This document shows positions 37,901-49,620 of a stretch of DNA of 64,000 nt, piece after piece. Position 1 is the stretch's first letter; each line of letters starts with the position of its first letter. This DNA comes from Raillietiella orientalis (taxonomy: Eukaryota): NCBI GenBank assembly GCA_036172245.1, contig JAYWIR010000052.1, forward strand, positions 248,001 to 312,000, given 5' to 3'. The position numbers were made by a program, and so were the translations under genes. Under the pieces are notes generated by a model that did no database searches, was not told where the DNA came from, and saw only the letters and a list, made by a program, of their open reading frames with translations.

Positions 37901-40059
37901 CCCATGTTTTCGAATGCTTCCTTTCAATACTTGTCGATCAGTCTCGTTCCGTCATTGCTTTCCCCCCCCCAAAAAAAATCAGGGTCTCTGGATACTGAGC
38001 ATCTGGATTAACATGCTTCCAAAGAGACTGTTGCTCTGTGTAGTTTATCCTCTTTGTTTGTAATAATTATAATAATGGAAAAGTATGGTGAGCAGCTATA
38101 TTGTCCGTGAGAAGCAGCGGACATTCCCAATTTGCATCATCGTAGGGCACTTCATTGGGTTGTGCTGCTTAGGTGTCTCTGTGTAGCTGTGCAAACGCCT
38201 CTTTTATTCGATATGCGTTTTGGACTCGGTTGTTTTATCAACGGTTATCTTAGCTCTGCAATTCCTCCTTAATTTTAGTCAACCCTTTTTACTTATTGCC
38301 CATCTAGGCACTTTGGTGTTTTGACGGTGATCCACTTTTGCGATTTGGGGGCTTCGTTTTGTGTGGCCTTTGGTGAAATCGTGACAGATGATGCAAAAGA
38401 TCGAAAAATGGGTCCAAGTTGACACATCTGATAAAAAAACAAGCATAAAGCATCCCGGCGTTCTACTCTCTTCTTAGTCCGTATTCAGGTGGATTGCATT
38501 CTTATTTGCAAATCTCTGATGCGGGGGGGAAAAAAAAATCACGGAAGGGAAATTCCAAGTTTTGCTGTCTCAGTAAGGCGAGTGGAGAGTGATTACCCGG
38601 AACGGGGGCAGTCTTACCCACGACGACAATTCCACTTCGTACCCTAAGGCTATCGGGAAAAGTTTGCAGTGGCTTGAGTACCCATGCACTGGTCAAGAGA
38701 GGTCGCGTCCTGGAGACGTGTCCGCCGATTTCCACGAGACCGATTTCCAACCCAAACCGTTTCCATAAGAAACGAACTCTTTCAAAAGGCAACGTCTTTG
38801 TGGTTCCACTGTTTGGCGGCAGTCTGCTGCCTCTTTGCTTCACATGTTGGAGATGCCCTCCCTTCCTTTCAGAAGGGACAAGCGGAAGCCTACGTGGAAA
38901 TGAGAGGATGATGGAAAACCCCACGTCCCTTACGCAAAGAATTTCACACTAAAAAAGCAGTAGGGGTCACCCGAGCATGTTCTTGAAAAGAACCGAGAGC
39001 TTATGAGGAAACGAAAATAATGACCCACTCTATTTGACAAAGGGGTAAATCCTTTCTGGGGTCTCCAGCTCTTGGGCTGAAGGCAATTATGGAAATCAGC
39101 AGCACATGGCTGTTGTAATGAAATACGCGGATCACTTTTGCTGTTGTTAAATTTTTGCTGCATTGCGTATTTAAGTTTTCAGAGAAGAAAACCAAGAAAC
39201 AATTTACTTTGACAGTCGGTCGGTGAAAATTGTGCTATTGCTATTTCGCAGCATCGTTTTCCATGCGATTGGTTTCTTATTCGGCTGATGCTTCGGTCAG
39301 CAAGTGGGCGCGCTCGAACCAAGAAAATCGATCCCTCCGCTCCCACGGCAATGAGGGCGGCCGCACCCTCGCCCACAGTGCAGCCGCTCCCACTCTACCC
39401 CAACGCGATCTTCGCAGAGGTCTGTGGGCCCGCGGACGGCACCGAGGAGCGTGGGTGGTACCTCCTCACGGGAACGGTCACCCTATTTCGTCGAGCAGCG
39501 GGAAAGGCGGAGGACGGAGGCCAAAGTGGTGCGCGCCGAAGGAGGGAAAACGGCAAGCGCCACCTCTTCTACACCGTGCCGGCGGCGCGTTTCCTCCGAG
39601 ACCAACGCCAGCCGGCGGGGGAAGTAGAATTTAGCATTCAAACTTTTTGACATCAAAGTGAGAAGAATTCTCTCTCTACTCACGGTGAAAGCTCATAGAC
39701 AAACGAAACGTGAACGAAATTTTTTTTTTTTTTTTAAAAAAAAAAGGGCGAACTGCTCGGTCTGAAAGAGCCTTCAAAGTTTCTTTACGGAGACATTTTT
39801 TTTTTCCCCCTTCTGAAGAAAATTCTAGCAGTACGAAGGTACTTATGTGAGTGTGATGAGTTCGAGCTGGTTCGATTGAACTCAAATGATTTCAGTGACG
39901 ATCACGCCGCCGCCATTTAAAAACTTTGAATTTTTATGGAAAAGTCTGCATTGTAAGCCCATCTCCTTTTCTAGTGAATGGTTTCACCGATTCCATCTGA
40001 GCGCACAGACGTCCAAACTGATCTCATAAGCGGAATGTTCTGTTACACAGCTATTGCAC

Positions 40060-40700
40060 GTGGATGCGGCCTATACGCATATACCTCCACGCAGCCAATA
40101 TACGTACACAGGGAATGTCCAAGATTGCATCTCTGATGGCTTTCTCACTGAGCGCACGTGTCAGTACACTCAGATGCATACCTGCGGTTGCAGCCAGACA
40201 GCACGACCTGCCTTCCTCCAGCACGCCTGCCTGAGAGGCACCACCGCGAGCGGTTTTGCAAAGCAAAGTACAGCCGCAAGGTGCCCGCGGTGAGGAAGCA
40301 AAGAAACTTCCAAGTTGAGGACAGCAGCGAAGCAGGCGGCCGTACAATGCTTTCGTATCTGAGGTCACGTCGGCCGCAGTCACCCGCTACGTGGTGAGGC
40401 TGTTGCAGCCACCTCTCGGACTCAAGGCCAGTGGTAGAGAACGGGGAGCGGAAGAGAGAGAGGGTACGATGCCAGAGGCTGAGTAGGTTCAGGAGCCAAA
40501 GTACGGATTTGGAGGTGCTCGGGAACAGGGACGCACGGCCCCGTGATGAAAACCGGAAGTCGGAGGAGGAGGGGTTAAGATAAGAAGACGCACTGCGCCG
40601 GCCGATGCATTCCGATTGCAAATCTCTTATCGAATTCCCAACCGGATCGTGCAGGCGTCGCTTTCCATCCCTGTATACACTACCTAGGGTATACATGCAT
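40060..40700 (-). mobile_element. Highly decayed RLE-type non-LTR retrotransposon C-terminal relic
   Basis: SDFRFSSRGRASLFP resembles D(W/F)RF...AR..LLP. LPVLYHW resembles LPHVLNHC and WLQQPHHV resembles RHN. The fragments lie in shifted frames. Confidence 0.35.
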
Positions 40701-41409
40701 GTGGAGGATTCTAAGCGTAGTTAAATCGACGACGGTGCTCATTCGAATAGCAGAGAAATCATCCCCATAATTGCCTCATGGGAAATTTGCACGCATTCAT
40801 GCATTCGTCCAGCTGCATATTGGAGGTCACATTGGAGACTTTCTTTTTTTGTTGTTAAAAAAGAGAAAAGACTGCACCTGGCAGTTACGGGAAAACCACG
40901 GGAATAAGGCGAACCGTGGCAAAACCAGAAAGCCAACTTTCGTCACCCCATGCGGACGGCGTTGCCATGGAAAACGTTGAAAGGAGCAAGTCGGCCGCCG
41001 CTGCTTCCAGCCTCCGGCAGTGGCCGCGGCCAAGCCACGATAGGGCAACAGGCGCGTAGGGCGCTCACGGTGCCCTCCCCCACACGAACCACTCGTTCGG
41101 CAGGCAGACGCATCCTCTCTCGGGGAAAAAAAAAAAAAAAAACATGAAACAGAAGAACGAGGTGCTCAGGAAAAAACCTTGAAGACACAAAACCACAAAA
41201 GAACAACATGCGGTACTCGAAACGAAAGCAAATCACAAAACTCGAAAAATAAAAGGAAAATCAGAAACTGCAAAAACCAACATAAAATACGAAGAACCAG
41301 TAAACGGCCTACGAAGGCAAAGCTCAAACGAGAAGGAAACACGCAGGTGGCCGAACCACAGTACGCGCAAGAAGTGCGGGAGCTCTCTGTGGCGAAAAAA
41401 AAAAAACAT

Positions 41410-42490
41410 GGCTCCGTACAGGTTTCGCACCCAGCAAGGTGGATTTCCAAAGGAACCACGCGCTCCCGGGGAAGACAGCTAAGCTGTTGGCCCGCTCTGA
41501 AAGGGACCTACTCTGGAAAGGCAAAAAGCCACTCGTGGGGACGAAGTTCCTGCGGCGGCCGCACCAGGAGGGTGGCACCCGCATGCGGTCCGACTCCAAC
41601 ACATGCGGCAGATGCACACGCACGTTGGAACCTGCCGTGAACCTGCCTGCAGAGCCTACGCGAGGTGGCCCTGCGCAGCCGATGGTCTCACATCCGCGCT
41701 GTCCGGATCACCGGGACAGCGGACAGAGGTGGACCCCACGTGGCAGAGAAAACGGTATCTGGTGCAAGAAGCGAGGCGGAAGATGGTAAGGAACTCTGGG
41801 AGAGGGGGTCGACTGCGGCCATCCCACTCCCCGTGAACGTTCCCGCAGCCCACGAGCGAATGGTGTCAGAAACGGCCAAGACTCACCCTAGGAGCACGCG
41901 AACGGTTCGTGACCAGTGGGAGCCCCCACGAACTGCGACTACGGATCGACGCTGCAATCCCAAGTGCTCTTGCGCGCTGGGGATACCTGCTCGGTATTCC
42001 ATCAGGAGACCTGAAGTGGCCCCCGATGCTCGTGGACAGCAGTGCCCTCACCCCTGAAGTGGCAGGGGTCGGGTCGGCATTTCTGCTGTTGCTCTGGGGT
42101 CTTCCCTGCAACGCCTGCCGACATCACTGGACCCGGGCGGGGGGGGGGGGCAGGGAGGAGGCCTGACTGTCGCAGGTGCGGGCAACCAGAGTCCCTCCCG
42201 CACCTCCTTCTGGAACGGTGCCGTTCTCACGTCCCTGTAAAAACGTTCCGGGACGACCCTGCGGACCCCGGCTGGCAACCCCAGGGACGTTTCCAAGCTC
42301 CTCTGCGTGGGGGAGAGGCCCCGCCGCCAGACGCAGCATTAGCTGTTCTAAGCGCGGGATTGTGACGGCCTGGAGAGATGCTGAAGCAGTAGCGAACGAA
42401 AACGACGTCATGGAGGGTTCACTTCCGCTTTCTGCGGATGACAGCCAGCCAGATCGCCCCACTTTGGTGACATGCAGACGGACCTAGCCG
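41410..42490 (+). mobile_element. L1/Tx1-clade LINE ORF2 relic (RT thumb to zf-RVT)
   Basis: RDLLWKGKKPLVGTKFLRRPHQEGG matches the FLW.GK.P.V...L..P...GG thumb motif. VDPTWQRKRYLV and PDCRRCGQPESLPHLLLE follow. Multiple frameshifts. Confidence 0.75.
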
Positions 42491-43063
42491 GCATGCTGGA
42501 GAGCATGCAGAAGACTTCAGTGAATAGCGATCCCTTCCCGGCCCTCCATTTGTGTGTGTGTGTTTGTATTTCTTTCATCAATTTTTATTTTATTCTGCAT
42601 TTTGTTTTCTCCTTTTCTTCCGCTGCCGGGGTGAACCTCATCGGTCTGTGAACGAACCGGCAACCCAGCAGGTCCCCTTCTTAATGTGACAGTGGCAGGA
42701 CCACGCGTGTTCTACCACAACGTTGTGGGTTTATTGCTTCTTTTAACACTTTGAGTGCTATGGACGCACGCATGTGTTCGGCGAACACTATCGGTATGGA
42801 GTATGGACCCATATACACGATTGGCAAATGTTTTCACCTTGTACACGCGGCAAAAGTTGATGCTATCCATGTTTGAGATGGACGCATACACTTGCGTTGT
42901 TGTGATCTCCTTAGCAACCACAGTAAACAAAATTCTATTTATATCGGCTAATTATTGTCTGCTACTCAGGGAGGTGCCTCTCTGAAAAAACGAGAATAGC
43001 ATAATAACTTTTGTGACGACAGAGAGAGATAGGAGCGATCCGTGGTTCTCCTGGACGTGAGAC

Positions 43064-44430
43064 GTGACAGGTCGCGTGGACCCGTCCCATTTGGTGGATG
43101 TTGCCACCAAATGGGACCAGTGGCCTTATGCAGCGCACAGAGTCTACTCGCAGCTGCTCAACAATTCTAGAGGCCTGATGTGTGCCCTAATAGGCACACA
43201 AGGACAGTGGGGAAGAATCGATCCCACTTGGAAGCGCAAGCAGGCACTGGTGAACGCCCACCATCTCATAATAGTGCCTAGAAGTAAAGAAGTTTGGAGA
43301 GACGAACTGGTGAAGATCGTCCTATGCTCCCTGTACGTCCCTTGGGACATCAGAAAGTGGATGTTCAACAGGCCAAGGATGACCATCAAGGACTGCGAGC
43401 AGTTAGCAACCAGTGGCGACCGCCAAAGGATGCGACTGTTCCACCTCACTAGGAAGATGATGGGGAGATTTACCCACGCATATCGAATCTCTGGACAAAT
43501 CAGGAATCCAACTGCTAGCGCCTCATCACCAGAGAAAACATCCGAGAAGCAGTGAAGGAGAATTCAGAGGAGGACGACGCTTTGTGTACGACCGCCAGCC
43601 GCTACGGATGCCACGAGGTGAACCTGCTGGTGCTTGGAACCACAGTCTGAACGAGAGATTTACCACCCGACAATCAAGAAGACCTCCTGATGTTTTATCT
43701 CGGAGTCATCCTGAGAGGCACGAGGACGAGACACTGGTCAGGCAACGCGAGAGACGAGATGTGCAAGGTCTGTGGCGCCAGGGAAACCCAACTCCACGTG
43801 CTCACCTACCCGACGCTGCGCCGGGACTGGGCCAAGCTGAAGGAGGTGACAGGCCTGCAGAGGATGGACAAGATGAAGATCCTGGAAGGGATGTTTGAAA
43901 GGAACCGCAATTTTCCCCGATACAACCCAAATGTCCTCATCACCATCTCTCTGTTTATCACGAGCATCGTGGCGAGAAAGACAAAGGTGGGGATCGGAAT
44001 AAACAGCACACCAGCTGTAGAAATGCTGGAAGATTTAGTGAAAAGGGAAATTGGGATCAGAAGCTGTGGACATATTTCTACTTGGACGTACTATTGCATC
44101 TTGCGAAGGATTCAGGAACATAGTCCAGTGAGTGAATTCCCCACGCAAACTCAGTGACTGGATGCCCGCAGACTAACCTTCAAAGTGAAAACCGTGACAT
44201 TGACTAACGCATGTATGAATGGAAGTTGAAAATAAATTCACCCAACCACAAGTCGGACTGGAGAAAACCGAGAATAGAGTAATATTATAGCTGTGTCATA
44301 TATAATTTGTTATATTGTGCCACACCCAAAGGAATTGTTGATTTTACTGGAATTATAAATATAATTTTTAAATAATAACATGTATTTGGGAAAATGAAAA
44401 TATTTTATTTAATGTGGTGTAAATAAACAA
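43064..44430 (+). mobile_element. 5'-truncated LINE relic of the same family (best preserved copy) with AT-rich 3' UTR
   Basis: IDPTWKRKQALV is homologous to the 41.7-kb copy. LLMFYLGVILRGTRTRHW..CKVCGARETQLHVLT..LRRDW is the zf-RVT. Stop at 44157, AATAAA near 44230 and 44422. Confidence 0.75.
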
Positions 44431-44449
44431 TCGCAATAGCAACTTTAAT

Positions 44450-45200
44450 CAGCGCTTTATGAAGTCAGTCGGTACCTCTGATAGAGCACGTGGTACGCCA
44501 GAAAGCATTCCGTCCAACTGCGGCTCGCGTGCCGTCAACACGGAACGTTTCAATCTGATGAGCTCCACACCCAAGGGCGTGACCGGGTAGCAGACGAACT
44601 TGCAATGCCATAGTCGCATTGCAAGCACCAGCTGCAAGTGTGGACGACCCACAAGTCCTGCGGACTGCGGCGGGACCAAAGGTCGCAGTGGACGCGACTC
44701 AAAAACTCCCGAGGACTGGACGCACGCACCGGGGGTCGTACCGCCGCTACCGAAGCGATGGAATCAGCTCGGGTTTGGACACGCCACATTGAACCCGCAG
44801 GCTATTGGGACCACCTCCAGAGATCCAGATCTGCCTCCTGGTACTTTGTCCCGGAGGGATCCTGCGTGGCGCGAGTCTCGAGCATTGGGCAGGCGACCAC
44901 GAACCACGCGGGACTGCCCCGCATGCGGAAGCGCGGGAGGTCGGCTCCACGCGTTCACCTGCAGAGCCCTCTTCCCGGGCCGGAGAGTGGTCAGGCCACT
45001 CGAGAGCCAGAACCGAACCTGTCCGCGGACCCTTCCGAGGAGGAGGCGCCGTCCCCCCCGCACGACCCCGCGTTGAGGACCGCTGGTCTGGTCCTTCTTC
45101 GAGAGAAGTCTCCTCGTCAGGGATGCGCAGGGATCAGAGCAAGCACGTGAGATGCCGACGGGCCTTCCCAGACGAGGGATGGGCGCGAGAGGCTGCGGCA
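44450..45200 (+). mobile_element. Degenerate GC-rich copy of the same LINE 3' end
   Basis: LLVLCPGGILRGASLEHW / DCPACGSAGGRLHAFTC / EMPTGLPRRGMGARGCG align with LLMFYLGVILRGTRTRHW / CKVCGARETQLHVLT / EMLEDLVKREIGIRSCG. Confidence 0.7.
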
Positions 45201-45499
45201 GGGAGTGCCGGACCGGACCGAATATCCCGCGCTCCGAAGGGGATTCAGGAAGGCTAGCGCTCGGTGCTGGAGCTGGACGCCAAAGACACAGAGGTACGCG
45301 GTCAACGGTCCCTTCTCCTCCCCTCCCCCCCAAACCAGTGCCTCTCCCTCGTTTCCACCCTCCCGCACTTGCATGCGGAAACCGAATCCTCATCCGAAGG
45401 AGATGACTTGAGGAGGTTCGAGCCTGCAGCGAACATTCTCACATCGCTGCATGGTTACGGTTTTGTTTGATCGATCGGCGAGTTGTTTTTTTTCCCTTT

Positions 45500-45850
45500 C
45501 CCTTGCCTGGGCGAAATCGATTCACCCCACCCCGAGTCGCACTGGGGGTGTCACAACAGGATTTTTCCACAGGAAACTGGGAATTCCAGCCCCTGTGGGG
45601 TCGCTACTGGACTGATGTTGACGGAAATCCCTTTGGGGCTCTTCCGTTTCCGATGCTGCTTTTCTTCTGGGTTTTTTTTCCTCCGGGTATTCTTTTTTTT
45701 ATGGGGGGGGAAGGGTGCCTATACTGTCGCAGGTGCGCGGAATCAGAATCCCCCCTCACGCACCTGCTTGCGGGCGGTACCGCACTCCGGCCCCTATGGG
45801 GACGTTTCAGGGCTACCTTGCGGACCCCGTCCGGCACCGAAGACTGACTG
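45500..45850 (+). mobile_element. Short LINE zf-RVT relic
   Basis: MLLFFW...YCRRCAESESPLTHLLAGGTALRPLWGRFR. Confidence 0.6.
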
Positions 45851-45944
45851 CTTAAGGGTCGTTTTCCACCTTGCGGGAAGGCCACAAAGCTCTCCTCCGA
45901 ACACTGTCCACTGTCCACCGCATCCGAGGGTGCGTGACCCCCCC

Positions 45945-46380
45945 AGGTTAGGGGGTCACCCCCGAGGGATCACTCTACGAATCCAGGAAGGACTGCGGAG
46001 GAAGAGGTCCATTCCACTCGCGCTTGGGAGCGGGAACCCTGAAGGGAGCCCTCCGCCTTGGTTGCCTCCGGAGGAATCCCCCGGGTCGTGGGGTCTCTCT
46101 TGTTTCTTCTCCCAAGGGAACCCGGAAAAGGATCCGCTCTGGAATTTTCTTATCCGGAGGGATCTCCCGAAAAGGGTTTGCTCCCCTCCTCCTCTGAAGG
46201 GAACCTCTCAAGAGGCGCTTCCCATTTTCCCTGAAGGGCTCACCCCGGAGGGAGCAGCGCGCTTCTGGCACCTCCTTCCTAGGGGATATCGACCGGCTTC
46301 CTCTTCTCCACCAGAGGAAAACCCCGGGGGTCCCCTTGATGTCCTGGAAGGACCCCGAAGGGTCGACTTCCGATCCCGGC
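45945..46380 (+). repeat. Hairpin-dense dispersed repeat, copy 1
   Basis: Shares the core ctacgaatccaggaagg...cgcttggg...ccctgaaggg...tggttgcctccggaggaatccc with the reverse complements of 46900-47050 and 60010-60320. Confidence 0.75.
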
Positions 46381-46554
46381 CGGTAGACGGAGGCATCTGG
46401 GAGTTTCCGGCTTCCACCAGAGCCGCCGATCCCGAGTGCTCGACCTCATGGACTTTTGAGCTGGAGCGTGGTACTGGGTATTCCGCAGGAAGACATGCAG
46501 TGGTCCCCTGTGCTCATGAACGCCCGCACCCTCCCCTTAAAGTGGCAGGAATCG

Positions 46555-46750
46555 TTTATTTTTTTATAAATACATGCCCCGGCATGACCGAGTGTCATTC
46601 AGTGCCACGGCACCCAAACCAGCGTCATCTTGCGGGGGGGACTCGAACTCACCGCTCGCCCCCTGCTCTCGTCGTCGTCGTCGCTACTTCTTCCCCGGGC
46701 GGGATTCGAACCCGCGACTCCAGGCGCGCGGCGCCTGGAGTCGCGGGTCG
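46555..46750 (-). mobile_element. tRNA-like/SINE-like fragment with A-rich tail
   Basis: The minus strand has a T-arm/B-box gcggg-TTCGAAT-cccgc and ends in atgccggggcatgtatttataaaaaaataaa. A related tail occurs at 61099-61149. There is no clear A box or full cloverleaf. Confidence 0.4.
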
Positions 46751-46899
46751 CGGAGGCCGCAGCCGCGGACCGAATTTGGAAAATCCGGCCCACGCTGGCG
46801 GCCCCATGTGACTTTCCAAAAGATCGAAGCGATTATTTTCCGTGCCGTCGGCTGCAAGGTGTGCACCACCCACGGAGCATCGCCTCCCTCATTCTCCCA

Positions 46900-47245
46900 T
46901 CTTCCTTCGTAGAGAACCGGGAACCCCTGGAGGGTTCCCTTCGGAGACGACTAGGGCGATAAAGATCCCCTACCAAGCGTAAGGAAGGAGGAAACCCCTT
47001 TCTCCGAAGTCCTTCCTGGATTCATAGGGTGGTCCCTATGGGGTCATCTCTCAACTTGAAGAGTCACACATGCACCCTTGATAGGCGGCGACAGCGTCGA
47101 AGAGCTTCATGACCTCCTCCCCCCTCAAGGAGGCGAGCAGTCCTTCAATAATCCTTGGGAACCAAAAAACGGAAAACCCGGTAGAAAAAAGGGAGAAAAT
47201 CTGGAACGAAGCAGAGAAAACGGGAGAACTCCAAAGGGATTTCCA
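46900..47245 (-). repeat. Hairpin-dense dispersed repeat, copy 2
   Basis: Colinear with 60180-60512 (ttcccttcggagac, ccaagcgt, ccttcctggattcataggg, accaaaa...gaaaacc, aa(a/g)ggatttcca). Confidence 0.75.
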
Positions 47246-47910
47246 CTGCGGAGACCCACGGGACTGACCACCGAGCCTGCCTGGAGGTCGAACGACAGGT
47301 TGGACGCCCGGCTGCTCGCCAGTGCCGGCAAGAAGAAGACGAGGGGGGGAGGGTGCTTCTCGTGAAGAACGTGATCTCTCGCACCGTCCTTCCAACATCT
47401 TTCCCGGGGACCGATCGCTTCGTGGGATGTCCTGGCCCGGAGGCATCCACCTTTTTCCGATGAACCCGGGCACGGGCCACACAAAGGGAGGCACCGGTGA
47501 GGCGGAAGCCGCGCAGCCGCTCCTGAGCGCAGCAAAGCCGCACCTAAAGACATTGCCGTCGTCGTGGGCGACCTCGGTCCGTTGGGAGACATCAACCATT
47601 TCCAAGACGTCCGAGGAAGGACGGCATATCGGCCCGAGGAGTTCGGACGGCTGTGGTAAGAGCGAGCCACAATCGACCATGTCCTCTGCGGTAAAGAAAT
47701 CGAGAACCGCATCCGGGGATGAAACGACCGTGCTCAGACCAGACCCTTTGATGCCATTAGCCCTAAAGACCACGAATCCTCTGAAGAAGAGAGGCACAGG
47801 GGCAGCGCTCGTCTGCATGCCCACCCAGTCGAGACGCTTCGCTGTGACCAACGTCTTATCGAGACAGTTCTGCGAGATACGACGGTTTGCAGAGTGCACG
47901 ACTAGGACAG
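47236..47910 (+). mobile_element. Degenerate apurinic-type (APE/EEP) endonuclease domain of a LINE ORF2
   Basis: Ordered motifs across frameshifts: ISTAETH (cf. LQETH), TRGGGC (cf. GGGVA), IAVVVGDLG (cf. GDFN), RATIDHVLC (cf. RIDY) and SDQ (cf. SDH). Confidence 0.6.
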
Positions 47911-48469
47911 GCAGAAGCACACCGCCCACGTGTTATGCAACAGTATATTTCAGATGCAGGAAGTCGAGATAGGAAGCGTACCGGGAGCTGTACATCCCCA
48001 AGATTCCTCCCTCTCGAAGCACTGGAACCCGTACGAGAGGCGGTACGTCTTTCAAAACGTCAAACGGAGTAGTCGGCGTGCTGGAAAGGGAGACCATGGA
48101 AATGGCATCCCAACCTAGGATGAAGTTCCCTCAGGGTTCTTCAAAGGACCGGGAGTAGTCCATCTGTGCGATTGGGTTCCAAGGTCTTCTTTTTCTGTAG
48201 CATCTTCATCAACCGAGCTCCGAAGGAGTCTGCAGATGACAGACTGGGACGTCCTGTGCCTCTCTTCTTGCCTACTAAAAAGAGATATTGGCATCAGACG
48301 GTGCGGAAGATTTACAGCGTGGACCATCCGTTGGAACCTCCAAAACATACAAGAAGAGTCTCTCCCTGTACAATATTCAATGTGAACTGTAGTGTGAGTG
48401 TAGCAGAGTGCGTTTATTAACAATGAGTGCTTAAAATGATGTTCAAACTTTGTGGCAGCTTTAGTTTAA

Positions 48470-49620
48470 ATCAAGAAACTCAGTCCAGCGGTCCTCGGTA
48501 TGGGGAAGACTGGAAAACATGCAACATTGCCCAAGTCCCTATTTTCATTATCTGTTACAGATTCTCCCTTAACGGAAACTCCATGTAAATTTTTTAAAGC
48601 TCATTCCTCCAAGCATCTATATTGGTCTGCTCTAACTTCCTCCTTTCGAAGGAAGAGAGAAGATTGCCCATGAAACGTTCGGCAAGCACATTTGTTATCT
48701 TATTGCAAGCTTCTCTTTGTTGGTGAAAAAATTAAGGTCTGTGTTTGTTGTTTTGGCTTTCTGGATACCTCTGTTGATTGATTGGCTTGAGATGCTGCAG
48801 TTGATGATACTGATGAATAATTGGGAGGCATCTCCATAATCTGCATCTTTATGCTAACTACAATACGTGTTCTATATTCTGACATTTTAAATTTAAAATG
48901 ACTTAGAGTAGAATTTTGTGGCTGACTGTAACAAAATTGGAAATGGTTGAATAGAATCAAAGTCTTCTGTCTGATAAGAGATATTGTGAAATTATGAATA
49001 CAAAAGATGCTGCAAGGTCACTGGCATTTGCTAATAGATGAACCAGAACGCACAATCAAATATTTCCTTGAGGTTTGTCACAGTTCTTTGGTTCATGAAT
49101 TTCATCACAAATGTAGTATTTGTTGGTCAAGACTATCAATTTCATGTCATTGGATTTAAACATCAGAGTGTACTGCATAGCTGCCTGAGAGAATAACAAT
49201 GTACCTTTATTCAGACTGCATCTGGTCAATTCCTTCATCCAATGTCGTATCGGAATTTTCCAAACATTTCAGCTTGCTGTGTATCTCATTGTAAGCTTCT
49301 GTACAATTCCAGGAACAATTCGGCTTATTTTTTAGCTCTTGCATGTACTAAGATGGTGTACGTAGGTTATGCCTACCATACGCATAACTACGTTAGAACT
49401 TTTTGCAAACATGAAAATTGCATTCCAGTTGCAGTCGCCCAAAGTGAAGAAATCCTGAGTACTCTTCTGGTCTGACTGACCGAAGTACCAACGAACATTT
49501 CGTGAATGTCTCGCCCTCGCCAGAATTCAAAAGGTTTCGTGGATTGAAACTTTTATGAAGCAGGACTCCCAACACCCAACTTTCCCACCAAATATTGCTG
49601 GAGTCTTGCTTTTCCAACTT
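48470..49620 (-). pseudogene. Probable endogenous viral element: bunyavirus (phenui-like) L-protein N-terminal cap-snatching endonuclease region
   Basis: Composite of shifted frames: DIHEMFVGTSV / SDQK..DFF / NLRTPS*Y / LFLELY...GKFRY / YIVILSGSYAVHSDV*IQ*HEIDSL. This follows the H..D..PD..E..K.Y order and the downstream VIVV...V.(T/S)NL.L...EVDEL stretch of phenuivirus L. Many stops, no introns. Confidence 0.45.

Noticed and set aside
44555..44610. CTGATGAG as a hammerhead ribozyme core
   Set aside because: No stem II followed by GAAA and no convincing flanking stems.
45483..46811. 442-aa + strand ORF as a gene
   Set aside because: It runs across three unrelated relics (LINE, hairpin repeat, SINE-like) and has no coherent domain or GDD/YADD motif.
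47051..47929. 292-aa minus-strand ORF
   Set aside because: It is antisense to the APE endonuclease relic, whose motifs lie on the + strand.
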